64,000 nt of DNA from assembly GCA_965112155.1 (NCBI GenBank), contig OZ218103.1, one strand, 5' to 3'. The position numbers and the translations under genes were made by a program. The notes under the pieces are model-generated. The model ran no database searches and was not told the DNA's origin. It worked only from the letters and a program-made list of their open reading frames with translations. Source of the DNA: Podarcis liolepis (Eukaryota). Below, one piece after another: positions 25,401 through 38,074 of the stretch (positions are counted from its first letter, which is position 1; every line of letters starts with the position of its first letter).

Positions 25401-28400
25401 TGTTCGTTTATCTGGCACCCCCACACTTAAGTCCCCAGGAAATTTTTTTTACAGGTAGCAACAGTTTGTCTAGGTTTGTTTGCACAGCTGTTTCTTGCAG
25501 GGGTTTCTGCTTTACATAATCTAATCTAATCAGAGGGCCTAGAGATTAGCACAGCCTTTCTCTTCTACATCTGATTAATACCGTGACTTTTCCAGACAAT
25601 GATGCTTTCCAGAATCACAGGAAATATGTAATGTTTACAGTCCAAAGCATCAGGTACTTTCCACTATTATAACAGCACACCGAGCAGTGCACTGAACCAA
25701 TCTTTGCCATAGCTGAAGGAAAATGGGCAGCACAAAGAAAGAAGTCAGTGGAACTAAGGAATTCTTCCATTAAATGAAGCCCACCTACATGAATCCCTAT
25801 CAAGCCTGAGGAATACCAAACAGTGTGAGGATTAACCAAAAGTGGGCAGTACAGAACAAGGGAAAAGAGTGGTCAAAATTCCTTTTTTAGATGCCCTTGT
25901 TTTGGTTTTTTTATAAAATGAAATCATTTGCCGAGCAACAATGGCAACTCCACTTTTGCCGCATATTCGCTCCTAGTGCTGTTTTGCTGGATGCTAAGTC
26001 TTTTCTTTATTTAGCCAAAATCTAAGCATGTGCAGTTCAATAAGTCAACCCTTTTGGCGTTCTGTAAAATCTCTAGGGTTTTAGTGTTCAGAAAAGGGAA
26101 TCTTTATAACTTATTGACTCTGCCAATCCATTGGCTCGGTGGATGAGGCCAACCAACAGAAGAAGCTCTCCACAATGACTCAAGACATTACCATATGAGT
26201 TACCATCCCTTCGCTGTTAAGAGGCAGCATGTCTCTTAATACCAGTTGCTGGTAAATATAAGGAGGTGTCTGCTACTGAGCCCATGTCTTTGCTTGGAGT
26301 CCTCCCAGGGGCATCTATTGGCCACTGTGGAAAATAGGATGCTAGGCAACATAGGCCTTTGACTTAGTCCAGCAGAACCCTTCCTATGTTCATAGGAGCA
26401 GCCAAACCTGTGTAGTCAAAATTAGAGGCATTCATAACATAATCCAGCAGATTGCAGAGTGCTGCTTAAGGAGTGAGAGAAGAGTATCCGCCTTAGCTTG
26501 GAATTTTTGGACAAGAGAGTTCTGGTCTTTGCCAGTTCTCCCCCTTTTACATATGCAGCTTCTGCGATCACTTGCCAGAACTGCAACACATCAATGGAAG
26601 CTGATTCAGTGTCACTTTTATATGAAAAGAACACTCATTCACATGCTCAGTTGTAGCTACTGAATCAGGGAGTTTTCCAAATAACGTGCAGTTCTCAGAA
26701 ATCTGAGTCAAGCGCAAGACCTGCTACCACTACTAATGAATGGGTGGGGGTGCTGACAGTTAGCAGTTCACGGCTTCAGAAAGGCCATCCACAAAATGCA
26801 CACACTGGCATATATGTAATTCTGTGTCCACAGATCTTTCCATGGCATAAGGCCAAGCAAATACACAATTCCTTCTACTGGATTCAACAGGTCCACACCT
26901 TCGGTCCTACATACATGTCAAATGTTTGCCGTCCTAAATGCCACCTGCTCACTGTAAATATGTGTGAGCCTCCAAGAGCTTATACACAGGTTCTGCCAAG
27001 TTCAGTTAATACGAATTATTTCGTGCACTCACAGACTGCATTCCTACACACACTTAGGTGAAGAGTAAGCCCTATTCAGCTTAATGGGACTTATCAGTGT
27101 AAACGTGCAAAGGACTGTGCTGCAAATCTGTAAATTTTTCATTACCAAGATGCAGTAGTGGTGTTTTTGTTTAACTTTATTTCCAATAAAGCCTTTATGT
27201 TTTCCATAATAAAGTTAGTCCCTACCAGCTATTCTGTTTCTCCCCATCCTTAACCATCACGTGTCAATGTAGCTGGGGAAGAAAGGAATAGGAAAACAAA
27301 AGAGAAATAAGAAGGGGAATAAGGGGGGAAAACTGTTGTTGTCTTTTTTCTATGCTTCCTGCACTGCAGACACCTATTATTTTTCTCACGTAGTCAGAAA
27401 TACCTTGCAAGCAGAAGAGCAGACCCCAGTCCTTAAAAAAAAAAAAACATTAAAGAAGATGTATTACTCCAAAACATTTATTCTAGTGCAAGAAGCACTA
27501 GGGTCGGAGACAAACTGAAAAAGTCACTTGCATGAAGGTGAACAGATTCTGCCTCTACAGAATAAGCTCTGCTGAACTGGTCACAGGAATGCACCTCTGT
27601 TTTAATTTAAACTGATTTGAGTCTGGTAAAAACAAAAATACACTTAAAGGGCTTGCAACATGAAAAATGTGGTATTTCAACATGGCCAAATGTCCTATAA
27701 TTAAGTTATCCGCTGTGTATCAATGCATTCAAGTTGTTGCTTACACCTTTAAAAGACACAGGAACAACTGTTGCCTCTTCTTAGGGAATTGTTTTCCAGA
27801 CTGTGTCCCTGCTCTGTTCTGAGGAGCTGAGCTTATCAGCCTCGCCACAACAAACCCATCTGAATCCAAATATTTTCAAGCTTCTTTTCTCAGGGCTTGC
27901 ATTACTCCAAGTCTAAGCAATCGGCCCAAATGTCATCAATAACAGCTGCCAGGTCAGGATCACCCAGGACAGTTTAACTTCTCTGGTTTACAATAGTGTC
28001 TGATACAAGAGGAAAACTTCTTGTACATTTGACATGCACTTAAGACTCTTTAGCAGTCCTCCACAAGACCCTCTCACCTCAATCAATTCCTATTATTGGC
28101 ATAACAAGTAGCCTTCTTTGTTTCTCTGTATCACACACAGATGGGAGGTCAGCCCGTTCCCAAACGTGTTGCAATGCCTTCTCTTTCCCCTACTCCCCCC
28201 TAAATTCCTATGTGACGTAAGCACAATGCTTGGAGGTTGTCCCTCCCTTCTCCCCAGTAAGTTTCCATTAACTCATCTTCAGTCTCATGTAGGAACTTGC
28301 CAACAGCACCAATGAACCACAATCGTGTGTCATACACTTTCCCACACGTTGGCATCTTTCCCAACCCAGTTTGACATACTGGGAAGACAGCGCTCTCCAG

Positions 28401-31400
28401 CTGAACAAGGGTTTTTCTAATCAGTCACAAAGCACCACAGCTGCCGTGTCAACCACTATTAAGATTTATGGAACCAGAGATGTATTTTCAACCACCATGA
28501 ACATCTTGGCTGAAAAAAGTGATGACAATCATGGCAGCCCAGGTTGTTAAGTGATGGCAGCAGAACTGGATAGCAAGTGTCTTATTTTCTGGTACCAAAA
28601 TCTGATAAATTACACATATGTGGAGGGACCTCTTGGCTTGACAATGCAACTACCTAGCTCTGGGTGTTCTCACTGTTAGGCTAGTATAAGGCACAGGTTT
28701 GCCCAACTCGGCCTTTCTTAAGCAGGGGGATATGACAATTCAATGCAAAACTAAGCCAAACAACATTTTGCAATGGACTATCACGACCACAGCTCTGAAC
28801 TACTTTCACATAACGTGAATCTAGGTCTGAAAGTACTACAGCGTTAAAGGAAATCAGCAAGCCATAAATGTTACATTCACAGCTATGAAAGGTGGGCGGT
28901 TTAGCAGTCAAGTAGTGCCCAAGAATTTGAAACAAAGCTGGTACCAACACATGCAACTATTTCTCTAGAACTCTATGATGTTTGTCACAACTGCACATCC
29001 CACCCAGAGCCATACGTTAATTATGAGACACTGGCGGTGGAAAGAGGCCTAGGATGGGGCTACCACTAGCCCGGCAGCAGTAAGTCAACACAGTGTGAGA
29101 AAGTGGCTGAAATCCTACAGCATCACATGACTTTGGTATACCTGCTATTAGATGCCATGAGACTAGTAACAGGATCCCATTGGAAATCTTGAGAGCCAGT
29201 GCCGAAATAGATGTGGCATAACAATAAAAGGAATATAGCTCTTTCGGAAACCTCTAACTTATCTCCGTCAAGCAATTCAAGGAGAGACTGAACTCAACTT
29301 GTTTGATAAAAAATGGTATCTTTTAGAATACTGTAACTGAATGAAACTTTATTATAATACAATGCCAGGACAATTTTTCATTGTTTGTAGTTGAATTTTT
29401 TTTCTTTCCTTATTGTTATTGTAATGGAGGAGGGAAGGGCGGAGGGAAGAATGGTATCCATTTTTTAAGTTTATTAATGGCAGGTTCAGACAGTCTGTAG
29501 CAACCCTGTCTTCATCACATGGTTATTTGATAATATAGGGATACAGTTTGGGGTTTTAGACATATAGTGGACCTAGCATTTTTTGTAATTATGCTGTACT
29601 ACACAATACCCAAATTGCACATTTTTTTGTCTTTTGCTACTATAGAAGACATTAATAAACATTTTTTTAAAAAAAGAGATCAGCCGTGTTATCACACTGT
29701 GGGGCAAAGCTTGCATCACAAATAGTAAGTAATATATCTACCGCCTGCAGCCCCAAATACATTGGTCAACAAGTCCACCCCCCTTTTGTTACTTAGGGCA
29801 GATCCAAACAGTGGCATTTAAAGCACATCCAACGCACATCCCCCCCCCCAAAAAAAATATTCCTGGGGATGCTAGTTTGTGCAGGGTGGTGAGAATTGTA
29901 TCTCTGTGACAGAGAAACTACAATTCTTAGGAGTCTTGGGGGAAGGAATGTGCTTTAAATGTGTGTTGGATGTGCTTTAAGTGCATGGGCCTTAGTAATA
30001 GGGTCTTGATTTGCCAATTCACAATGCTTTGAACCTCTTTCCTCCTAAACATAATGGGGAGAGAACAGGGATGGGGAATTTTGTAGTCCTTCAAGATGCT
30101 GCTAGACTTGAAAGACTTGAATGCCCATCTGCTTCAGTCAGCAGTCAATGATTATGGATAATGGGATCTAGAGTAAAACAATATTCCCCATCTCTCATCT
30201 AGAACATGTCCAGATAACTTGCAACCATGGTTGTACTAGCAGTCTCTGATGAGCTCAAGAGCTACTCAATTTACACTTTTAATTACTTGTGACCAAAGTG
30301 AACTGCACTTCATCTGTACATGCCTAGCAGCTGTTATTTTTAAGTGTGGAATAGACAGTCCTAGCGTTGGTAGATGCTGGAAAACAGAAATCAGAACTGT
30401 ACTTCTTACCATGTTTCCAGTTCCTTTGCATTTTCTGCTATTTGATAACCCTGCAACCATGAGGGCTAGAAACTCCTAAGAAGTGAAAAGCTGGGATTGT
30501 CCAAATTCTAAATGGCTCCCACTGGCCACACAAGAGCTGCGTGTGCCGTTTGACCATATACTGCCTATATGGGGAAATGTGGTATTAGCATCTAATTTGC
30601 CTTTGCGATGAAGCAAGAACATTTGGAATAGCTGTCAAGGCCCATTCTTATTTTCCCTTTGCAGAACAGGTAGTTATATCACATCAGGCAAATGAGGGCA
30701 CACCTGAACTCTGCCCGAGCCTGTCCAAATCATATGGTACAAACAAAAAATAAAGTTACATATTCAGGTTAACAATGCTGATTTGATTGAGAGAGACAGA
30801 AGAAAAAACTGAGCAGGAATAGAAAGAACAAGCCTGAGGGGTTCATGGCAGCAGGACGGGACCAACCAGTTTGTTCATTAATAATGCTGCACTACTTTAC
30901 AAAATGTGAAGCGGAGCCAATCAGATACTTAAGTTTTTGGAAATTCTACTACTGTTTTAACACTGCAGAGGGAAGCCAATTTCACTGGCTCCTTTACTCT
31001 TGTAACACCGGGGACCTGGTTGATTCTCCATGACAAAGATTCATGTATGCATTGGATGAGCAGCTTCAGGAAATATTTGTTTAGATTTACACCCTTCCTT
31101 TTTATTGCAATACTTGGAGGGTAATGAATTTACTGGGCCACTTTTTAAAGTGTTATATATGCCAATCAACAAAGTAGTAAAATACAACATTAAAAAAGGA
31201 GACAACTGCCACAAGTGAATACGTGGATTAGTCTACTGAAAACTCCACATAATCTTCCTGTCACTAAATGGGGCCATTGCAAAAAAAAGGGGGGAAGGGG
31301 GGGGAGTACATTCCTGTGTATTTGGACCCACCATCTACTTCAGGCCAGGTAGTTAACAGGACTGCAAGTAAAAAGCAGAAGATGGCCAGATATGTTGATA

Positions 31401-32161
31401 ACACTCAAGCCCCATGTCAACAGCATCTCTGATAAGGGAGCTGAAGGAATGTTTAAAGATAGTGGCAAGTCTCTGAACAAAAGCTGCTGATAGATCCTAG
31501 AGCCTAGATTCAAAATTACCTGAGATTCCCTCAGACCTACTGAAGGGGGGAGGGAACACACCCAAAAATCCAGAACCCCTGGAAGAAGTTTCCCAAGAGG
31601 GTTTCTTTACTGGTGCATGAAAGGAATCTCCACAAAAAACGAAAAAACAATTTACTACATCGCAGTAACAAAATGCGTTCATATCACATCAATATATGAA
31701 AAAGTTATGTTTTCCACAAACTAAATGCAGCACATTAAGAGCAATCGGGCAAAGTAGCAAACACATGCTGTAGTACTTCCAGGCAACTCGTACTTAATTA
31801 TTTCTGTTGCCTATGTCCAACTACAGCAAAATGATGTACGCTGAACCTGATCCACAAGAAGGTCAAGGAACACCCCTGCCATTTGCAGAAAAAGCCTCAT
31901 GTGATAATAACACAAAAGCTTCATCGTGAAGGTGCCAGACCCAGCTCTAAGGGGAGGGAATTCCACAAGTTGTGCTTTTGGTCCAAGCAAAAAAAGAAAG
32001 GTTTGGACTGGTAAGGAGACAGCACAGGTAAATGTTAAATAAACCACAGAGGGAAAGATTAAAACAAATCTATCCCTATCAAAAAGGAGTTACTATGGAA
32101 CTCATTCCCCTAGGAGGCAATGGTGACTGCGGACTTGGATGTATTTAAAAGAGGATTAGAC

Positions 32162-32364
32162 CATGGGTAGGCAAACTAAGGCCCAGGGGCCGGATCCGGC
32201 CCACGTGCAGAATGTGTGCTTTTATTTAAAATGCATCTCTGGGTTATTTGTGGGGCATAGGAATTTGTTCTTTCCCCCCTCCAAAAAAAAAAAATAGTCC
32301 AGCCTCCCACAAGGTCTGAGGGACAGTGGACCGCCCCCATGCTGAAAAAGTTTGCTGACCCCTG
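32162..32364. mobile_element. hAT MITE nested in a CR1 3' fragment
   Basis: Ends CATGGGTAGGCAAACT / AGTTTGCTGACCCCTG; 8-bp TSD GATTAGAC (32154-32161, 32365-32372) splits the CR1 motif aaaagaggattagacaaattcatg. Confidence 0.85.
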
Positions 32365-33399
32365 GATTAGACAAATTCATGAAGAGCAAGGCCATTAATG
32401 GCTACTAGCCATGATGGTTATGCTTTGCCTCCACAGTCAGAAGCAGTAATGCTACTGAACATCAGTTGCACCCCTTCAGATGCAAAATGTCTCCTGCCAA
32501 GCCTATACAACACCATTACGTTAACTGAAACAAGGTTCTCACCACCCCACAACGATTTTGCATAGTCTTAGCAAACATATTCTAGCGAGTATGTATTCGG
32601 CATGGTCAAAGGTCAAGAGGCAAGGGTGTTTACCTGAGAAATAACTACCTGTAAAGGTGTATTCTGGTTGGCGGGAGAGGAGGAGCAAAAGGGAAAAAAC
32701 ACACAGGGAAAAAAACCCAACCCAAGGTCTCCTATTGTCAGAGAACAACCGAGGGGGAAATTATCAAATCCAGACCTACAAGAAAACTCCCGATTTGTAC
32801 CATGCCAGAGCCCTGGGGATTTCACTTAATGGGTTCTGCATGACGTTAGGGAATTGCAACAGAGCCAGGCTTTCGGTCAGCGGTTACTCATTCCACAGCT
32901 ATGAGCGAGAGGAAGTGCTAAATAAGGCAGCGGGGCACGTTATTTGCCAAAATGTGCTGGTATTTGGAGACTTGAGATGAGAGGGTAGGAGAAAGGGAGG
33001 GAGGGAGGCGAGGAAGCCGCAAGGCAAGTCAAGAGGATGACGAAAGCCAGCGGGCGAGCGGGCGCAAGGGGAGCAAAGCGGGGGATAGAGTAAGGGTCGC
33101 CTATCCCACCCACCCCTATCAGCCTCACTGGAATAAGAGGGGGAAAGTGTTAAGCAGCCTCCAGGCGTTTGAAGTGGGGGGGATGCTCCACTGTTAACTA
33201 GGGGAGGGGGTCAAGTGGCGGTGGAAGAGGAAAGCAACAAGCGAAAACGGACTGGGAGAGGGAGAAGGAATGTGCATGCTCCTAGCTTCACGGGGGGGGA
33301 GTGTCTCATTCCCGGCTCCCATCCATAGCTCCAGGGATTTGGAGAGGGGCGTGCATGTGGGGAAACAAGGGGGGAACCCAACCCCATCCCACGTTCCCA

Positions 33400-34170
33400 A
33401 AAAGAGCCAGCAGAATTTCGCCCCAACGTTACAGAGGACAGGCAAGCAAGTCCCCCCCACCGCGCGCGCCCGCGGCAGCACCACCACCAGGAAAGGTTAA
33501 GGAGAAGTAAGCGCTCGTTCCAAAGTCCCGTCCCCAAAGCAATAGGGGGAGGGAGAGGGAATGGGGCGGTTTGCAGACTCTCCCTCTTCGCCCCTCGTGC
33601 AAAAGTTCGCAAGTTAGAGTGTGCGACGGAAGGGGGGGGGCGCGGCAGAACCAACACATTCCAATTATTCCCCGCTACCGACTCCCCCCCCCCCACCGTA
33701 CCCGCTTCGGAAAACACCAAGCCTTGCCTGCCTCCTTACAACCGCGCGCCCCCGCTACCAAATCAATGCCGGCAACTCCCCAGCGCCCGCCACCCCTTCT
33801 TCGCGGGACGCCCCGAAGCGACTCACCGACTCGGCGGCGGCAGCGCCCAGCAGCAAGAGCAGCAGGAGAGCGGGGGCGCACAGGCCGGCGGGGCGACTGG
33901 GCTTCATGGCGTCGTGGGGTCCGCGAAGGAAGGCGCAAGAGCAAAGGCTGGTCCGGTGGCGGCGGCGCGGTAACCAAGTGTCCCGTCCTTCCCCGCCCCG
34001 CCGCCGCTCAGCTTTCTTATACGCGGCCTTGCCCGGCCCTCCGGAGGAGGAGTCGCCGAAGCTGCGGCCTCCGCTTGCGAGGAGGAGGCGGCGGCGGTGA
34101 CGACGAGGGGAACTCCCCCCGGCTTGAACTCGGGCTTCTCCTAGGGCTTTTGCACTCAGTATCTCGGGGG
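33400..34170 (-). promoter_or_regulatory. SDC4: SDC4 CpG-island promoter with TATA-like box and NF-kB site
   Basis: Dense CpG/GC content; TATAAGA on the minus strand at 34021-34015; GC boxes; kB-type GGGGAACTCCCC at 34107-34118. Confidence 0.85.
33827..33907 (-). CDS. SDC4: Syndecan-4 coding exon 1 (signal peptide MKPSRPAGLCAPALLLLLLLGAAAAES)
   Basis: ATG at 33907-33905 in gccATGa context; 81 nt; hydrophobic signal peptide ending in AES as in other SDC4 proteins; GTGAGT donor at 33826-33821; phase 0 joins exon 2 (ES|VRETE). Confidence 0.95.
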
Positions 34171-35654
34171 TCCCCCTCTTTAACCTTTCGCTTGCTTTAG
34201 GTTGACAGCAAAGCAACAGAAAGTTAAGTTGAGCTAATGTTTGTTTTGTTTTCAATACGTCATTGTTGATTTTAAGTGAGAAATACACAGTTCCAATGAT
34301 ACGGACAAGGGCGCCAACTTGAATAAAATATTGGGGGGGAGAGAGATAAACCGTTCATAATCGATCACAACACACACCATTTGAATGGTAGTGCCCATGA
34401 ACGGGGGGGAGGCCCCTCAGTTATTTTATTGGGGGGGCTGAAGGGACCTTGGCCCCTAGGAGTTGGCTCCTATGGATACTGACGCTCCAAGGATAAAAGG
34501 CCTCAGATATAAACTAATAGGCATTTTGCCTACATAAATCGTTGCAACCTGAGTCCAGTTCTAAGGCTAGTTCTGAATAAAAACATAGCCCCCACTCCCT
34601 TACACACAAACCTGCACTGTTGGGATGGGGGGCAGGTGGAAAAAGGGAAGCCACAGATTGCCAAAATTATCCCATTTCCAACTCTACAATTCTATGATTC
34701 TAACCCTCTCTCACTGCTTTCTGTGTCTCCAAGTTGAACACTTCCCAAACATTATTGATCTGGTTGTGCAGAGGAATCTCCTTTTCTGTTTTCCAATGTT
34801 GCATGATTACAAGCCGTGCTGCAGTTAACAGAAACTTGAGCTAATGTTTTAATTTTTTTTTAACTGAAAGGTTATATTCCACTCATGCACGCCATGCATT
34901 TAAAGCACATGGCTTCCCACAAAGAATCCTGGGAACTCTACTTCAACTCTCACAAAGCTACTATTTCCGGCACCCTTAACAAACAACAGTTCCCAGGATT
35001 CTTTGGGATTGGGGAAAACACGTGTTTTAAATGTGTAGTGTGGATATAACCACAGAGCACCTCAGATTTTTGTCACTTGTCAGCCTGGGTGCTTAATGCT
35101 GAGTGATGACCCGTCACCACAAGGATCTGCAATTGGACCTCAAAGTGTGTGAGGTGCCTCAAAACAACCCACGAGGCCCTCCTAAGAATTCCACCTCTAA
35201 CAACAACCCTATAGGTACTCATTTTCCAGACAGGGAAAGGCTGGGAGACCTTGTTTCCTGATGTGCCAGGCTGTGGGACAGAGGGAAATTCCAGAGGTGT
35301 GATGGTTCCTTATCATCGACTTGCAATGATGGGGAAATTTAGCACTTGAGTAGGAAGTGGCAACTCTACGCAGCACATGATTGATAGCTGCTGATAGGCA
35401 GCCTGTGGAGGTTGCAGCCAACCCACATCAGGTTTTAGCAAAAGAAGATAAATAACAGATACAGAGAGTACAGAAGATTCCAGATGTGGAGTCCAGTGTA
35501 CATAATTTCCCTTTCCTAAAATCCCAGGCAGATGTCTTAAAAAAAAAAAATCTGCTCCATACAGCGTGAAACAACCCTGAGAGAGTAATTTGCCTGAGGC
35601 AGGCTGTGACCAGGTGAGACTACCCATCAGCGACTCTTGCATGGGGATGTAATC

Positions 35655-36590
35655 TGCTCTAGAGGTGTATACCTAATTATAAAATAACCTTGCAATCTGC
35701 TTTACATTGGATCGACGACACAAGCGTTCGGTGTCTCTATAGGAGAGCATCGATCCCACATTAGGAATCAAATCATGGAAGCACTTCTAGTTGAGCACTT
35801 CGTGAAACATCATCATACAGATACAGACCTACTTTACACGGTCCTTTGGTTTAATCAGAGAGAATTTGGGATGATGAGAGATTATGTCAAATTACTACAC
35901 CAACAAGAAACTAGATTGATTTACCTATTTTAATCCCTACACTTGGGGGGGGGGTGTTGAAGACTGAATTCAACTTCAATTGTTTTATTTAAGTTTTCTG
36001 ACAAGATGGCTACTGTTTGTGTTCTCTGTGCTAAATTTTGGATACTGTACCTTTAAAATTTCGTAAAATTGTATGTGATTCAGTGCACCTGTGGGTAGCC
36101 TTTATGATGCTACTAGGGTTATGCCTACAGTATCAGCTTATTACACTATCAAGTGATTGCTGATCCATTGCTACTTGATGTACCCATAGGGACAATTTAT
36201 TCGGTATGTATTTATTATTTATTATTGTTTGCATATATACAGGTCTGTCATTTCAATTTCTGTATTGTATTTGAATTTAATGTATTTCAATTTCTATTAT
36301 TGTCAGCTGATGAAGAATCATCATTGAAACAGTTCGTTATCCGGAAAAACTCTTCTATGTTTGGCGCACCTATCACCGCATATTTGCAGGATTTTGAAAG
36401 TTGAAAGGCATTTTGCCTCCATCTCAGTGTTCCTTGATACTGACCGACTACGCCTCCTATTTTTGTTCATTGAACATTTATTTGACTCCTATTATTTGTG
36501 ACTCTCATATATTTTCTGTTTATGAATTGTGTATAAATACTTTGTTAACACATTAGCAGCCGCGTGTCGCTTGGGGTTGTTCTAGAGGAG
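35655..36590 (+). mobile_element. Penelope-like retroelement fragment (GIY-YIG endonuclease plus 3' region), copy 1
   Basis: Translation from 35664 gives GVYLIIK*PCNLLYIGSTTQAFGVSIGEHRSHIRNQIMEALLVEHF...LLHQQETRLIYLF, a degraded GIY-YIG domain; CTGATGA...GAAA at 36307-36329. Confidence 0.8.
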
Positions 36591-37276
36591 TATAAACAGA
36601 TTCCACTACTAGTGCCTTCTGAATTCTTTGTGCCTGCTATTGATCCAACCATTTTAGGAACATAAGAAGTTGCCTTATACAAAGTCAGGCCATTGGTCCA
36701 TCAAGCTCAGTATTATCTCGACTGATTGGCAGTGTCTCTCCAAGGATTCAGATAAGAGTTTTTCCCTAGCCCTATGTATAAGCATCAGAGATTGAAGCTG
36801 GGGGTTTCTGCATTCAAACGCATGAACCAGGTATGGCAGGGGGCTGCAAATGCTCCTCTTTGTGCATGAAAAGATTGCCAAAGGGTGTGCATGTTTGTCT
36901 GTTTTCTCCAAGGCCCATGGAGAGCAAAGTGTTCTGGGCTAGGACTGTTCCTGTAGATATGAACTTCGGGAGAAGAATGGGGGGAACCATGAGGTGTAGG
37001 GAAATATCTAGGTTTCCTTAGTGGGGCTGAGTAATAACAAGGTATGAATCAACATGCAGTTATTGCGTGCAAGGTGGCAACCCCAGTGCAGAAGCCACCA
37101 CAAAGGGTTCAAACGCAATACAAGCCTTGTTTCCTTTCTGCCTAGCAGTTTCTTTTCAAGACAAGTTAACTAAGTGATTTAGCCATTTCAGTCTCTACAG
37201 AAGCAGTCTTAGGCAGCAGATGGGCAAGAGGAAGCACCCTGTCTACCCCCATTGCTTCTGCTGCCACCAGGAGACA

Positions 37277-38074
37277 CCTTTAGTTGAGCACTTTGTAAAA
37301 CAACATCATGCAGATACAGACCTACTTTACACAGTCCTATGGGTTAATCAGAGAAAATTTGGGATGAGGGGATCATGTCAAATTACTGCACTAACAAGAA
37401 ACCAGACTTATTTACCTATTTAAATCTCTGCACCCAGGGGGTTTGAATACTGAATTAGATTTCAATTGTTTTATTTAAGTTCTTTGATAAGATGGCTACT
37501 GTTTGTGTTCTGTTTGCTAGATGTTGGGTACTGTAGCTTTAAATTTCCTGAAATTATATGTGATTCATTGCACCCGTGGATAGCCTTTATAATGCTACAC
37601 TTTTAAGTGATTGCTGATCCATGGCTATTTGATGTACCTTTGGGGACAATTAATTTGGTATGTGTTTATTATTGGTTGTTCATATGCAGGCCTGTCATTT
37701 CAATATCTGTATTGCATTTGAATGTAATATATTTCATATCATTGCGAGCCGATGAAGAATTATCATTGAAACAGTTCATTATCCTAGAAGAACTGTTCTG
37801 TTTGCAGCTGTGCTCAGAGTACCCTACTACTATGTTTGGAGCACCTATCTAGGATATTGACTGTGGAAAGGCTTTTTGCCTCCATATTAGTGATCTTGGA
37901 CAGTGACTTACCACGCCTACTATTCTTGTTTATGGAACATTTATTTGTTACCTATAATTTGTGACTCCATGCCCATATTATACATCTGTTTATGAATTTG
38001 TGAAACAGTATAATATTATAAAGATTTTGTTAGTATTTAGTAGCCGATGTGTTGCTTGTTGTTGTTTTAGAGCA
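37277..38074 (+). mobile_element. Penelope-like retroelement fragment, copy 2 (more 5'-truncated)
   Basis: Colinear and clearly similar to 35788-36590 (LVEHFVKQHHADTDLLYTVLW...); flanked by a degenerate 30-bp direct repeat. Confidence 0.8.

Noticed and set aside
33194-34288. Several long overlapping ORFs (up to 209 aa) around SDC4 exon 1
   Set aside because: Expected stop-codon scarcity in a GC-rich CpG island; low-complexity R/P/G/A peptides; only the 81-nt signal-peptide exon is supported.
35788-38074. Direct repeats interpreted as the LTR pair of a retrovirus or as a CRISPR-like array
   Set aside because: The repeats contain GIY-YIG coding remnants and lack TG...CA ends, PBS and PPT; the intervening DNA is unrelated repeat fragments; eukaryotic context with no repeat-spacer periodicity.
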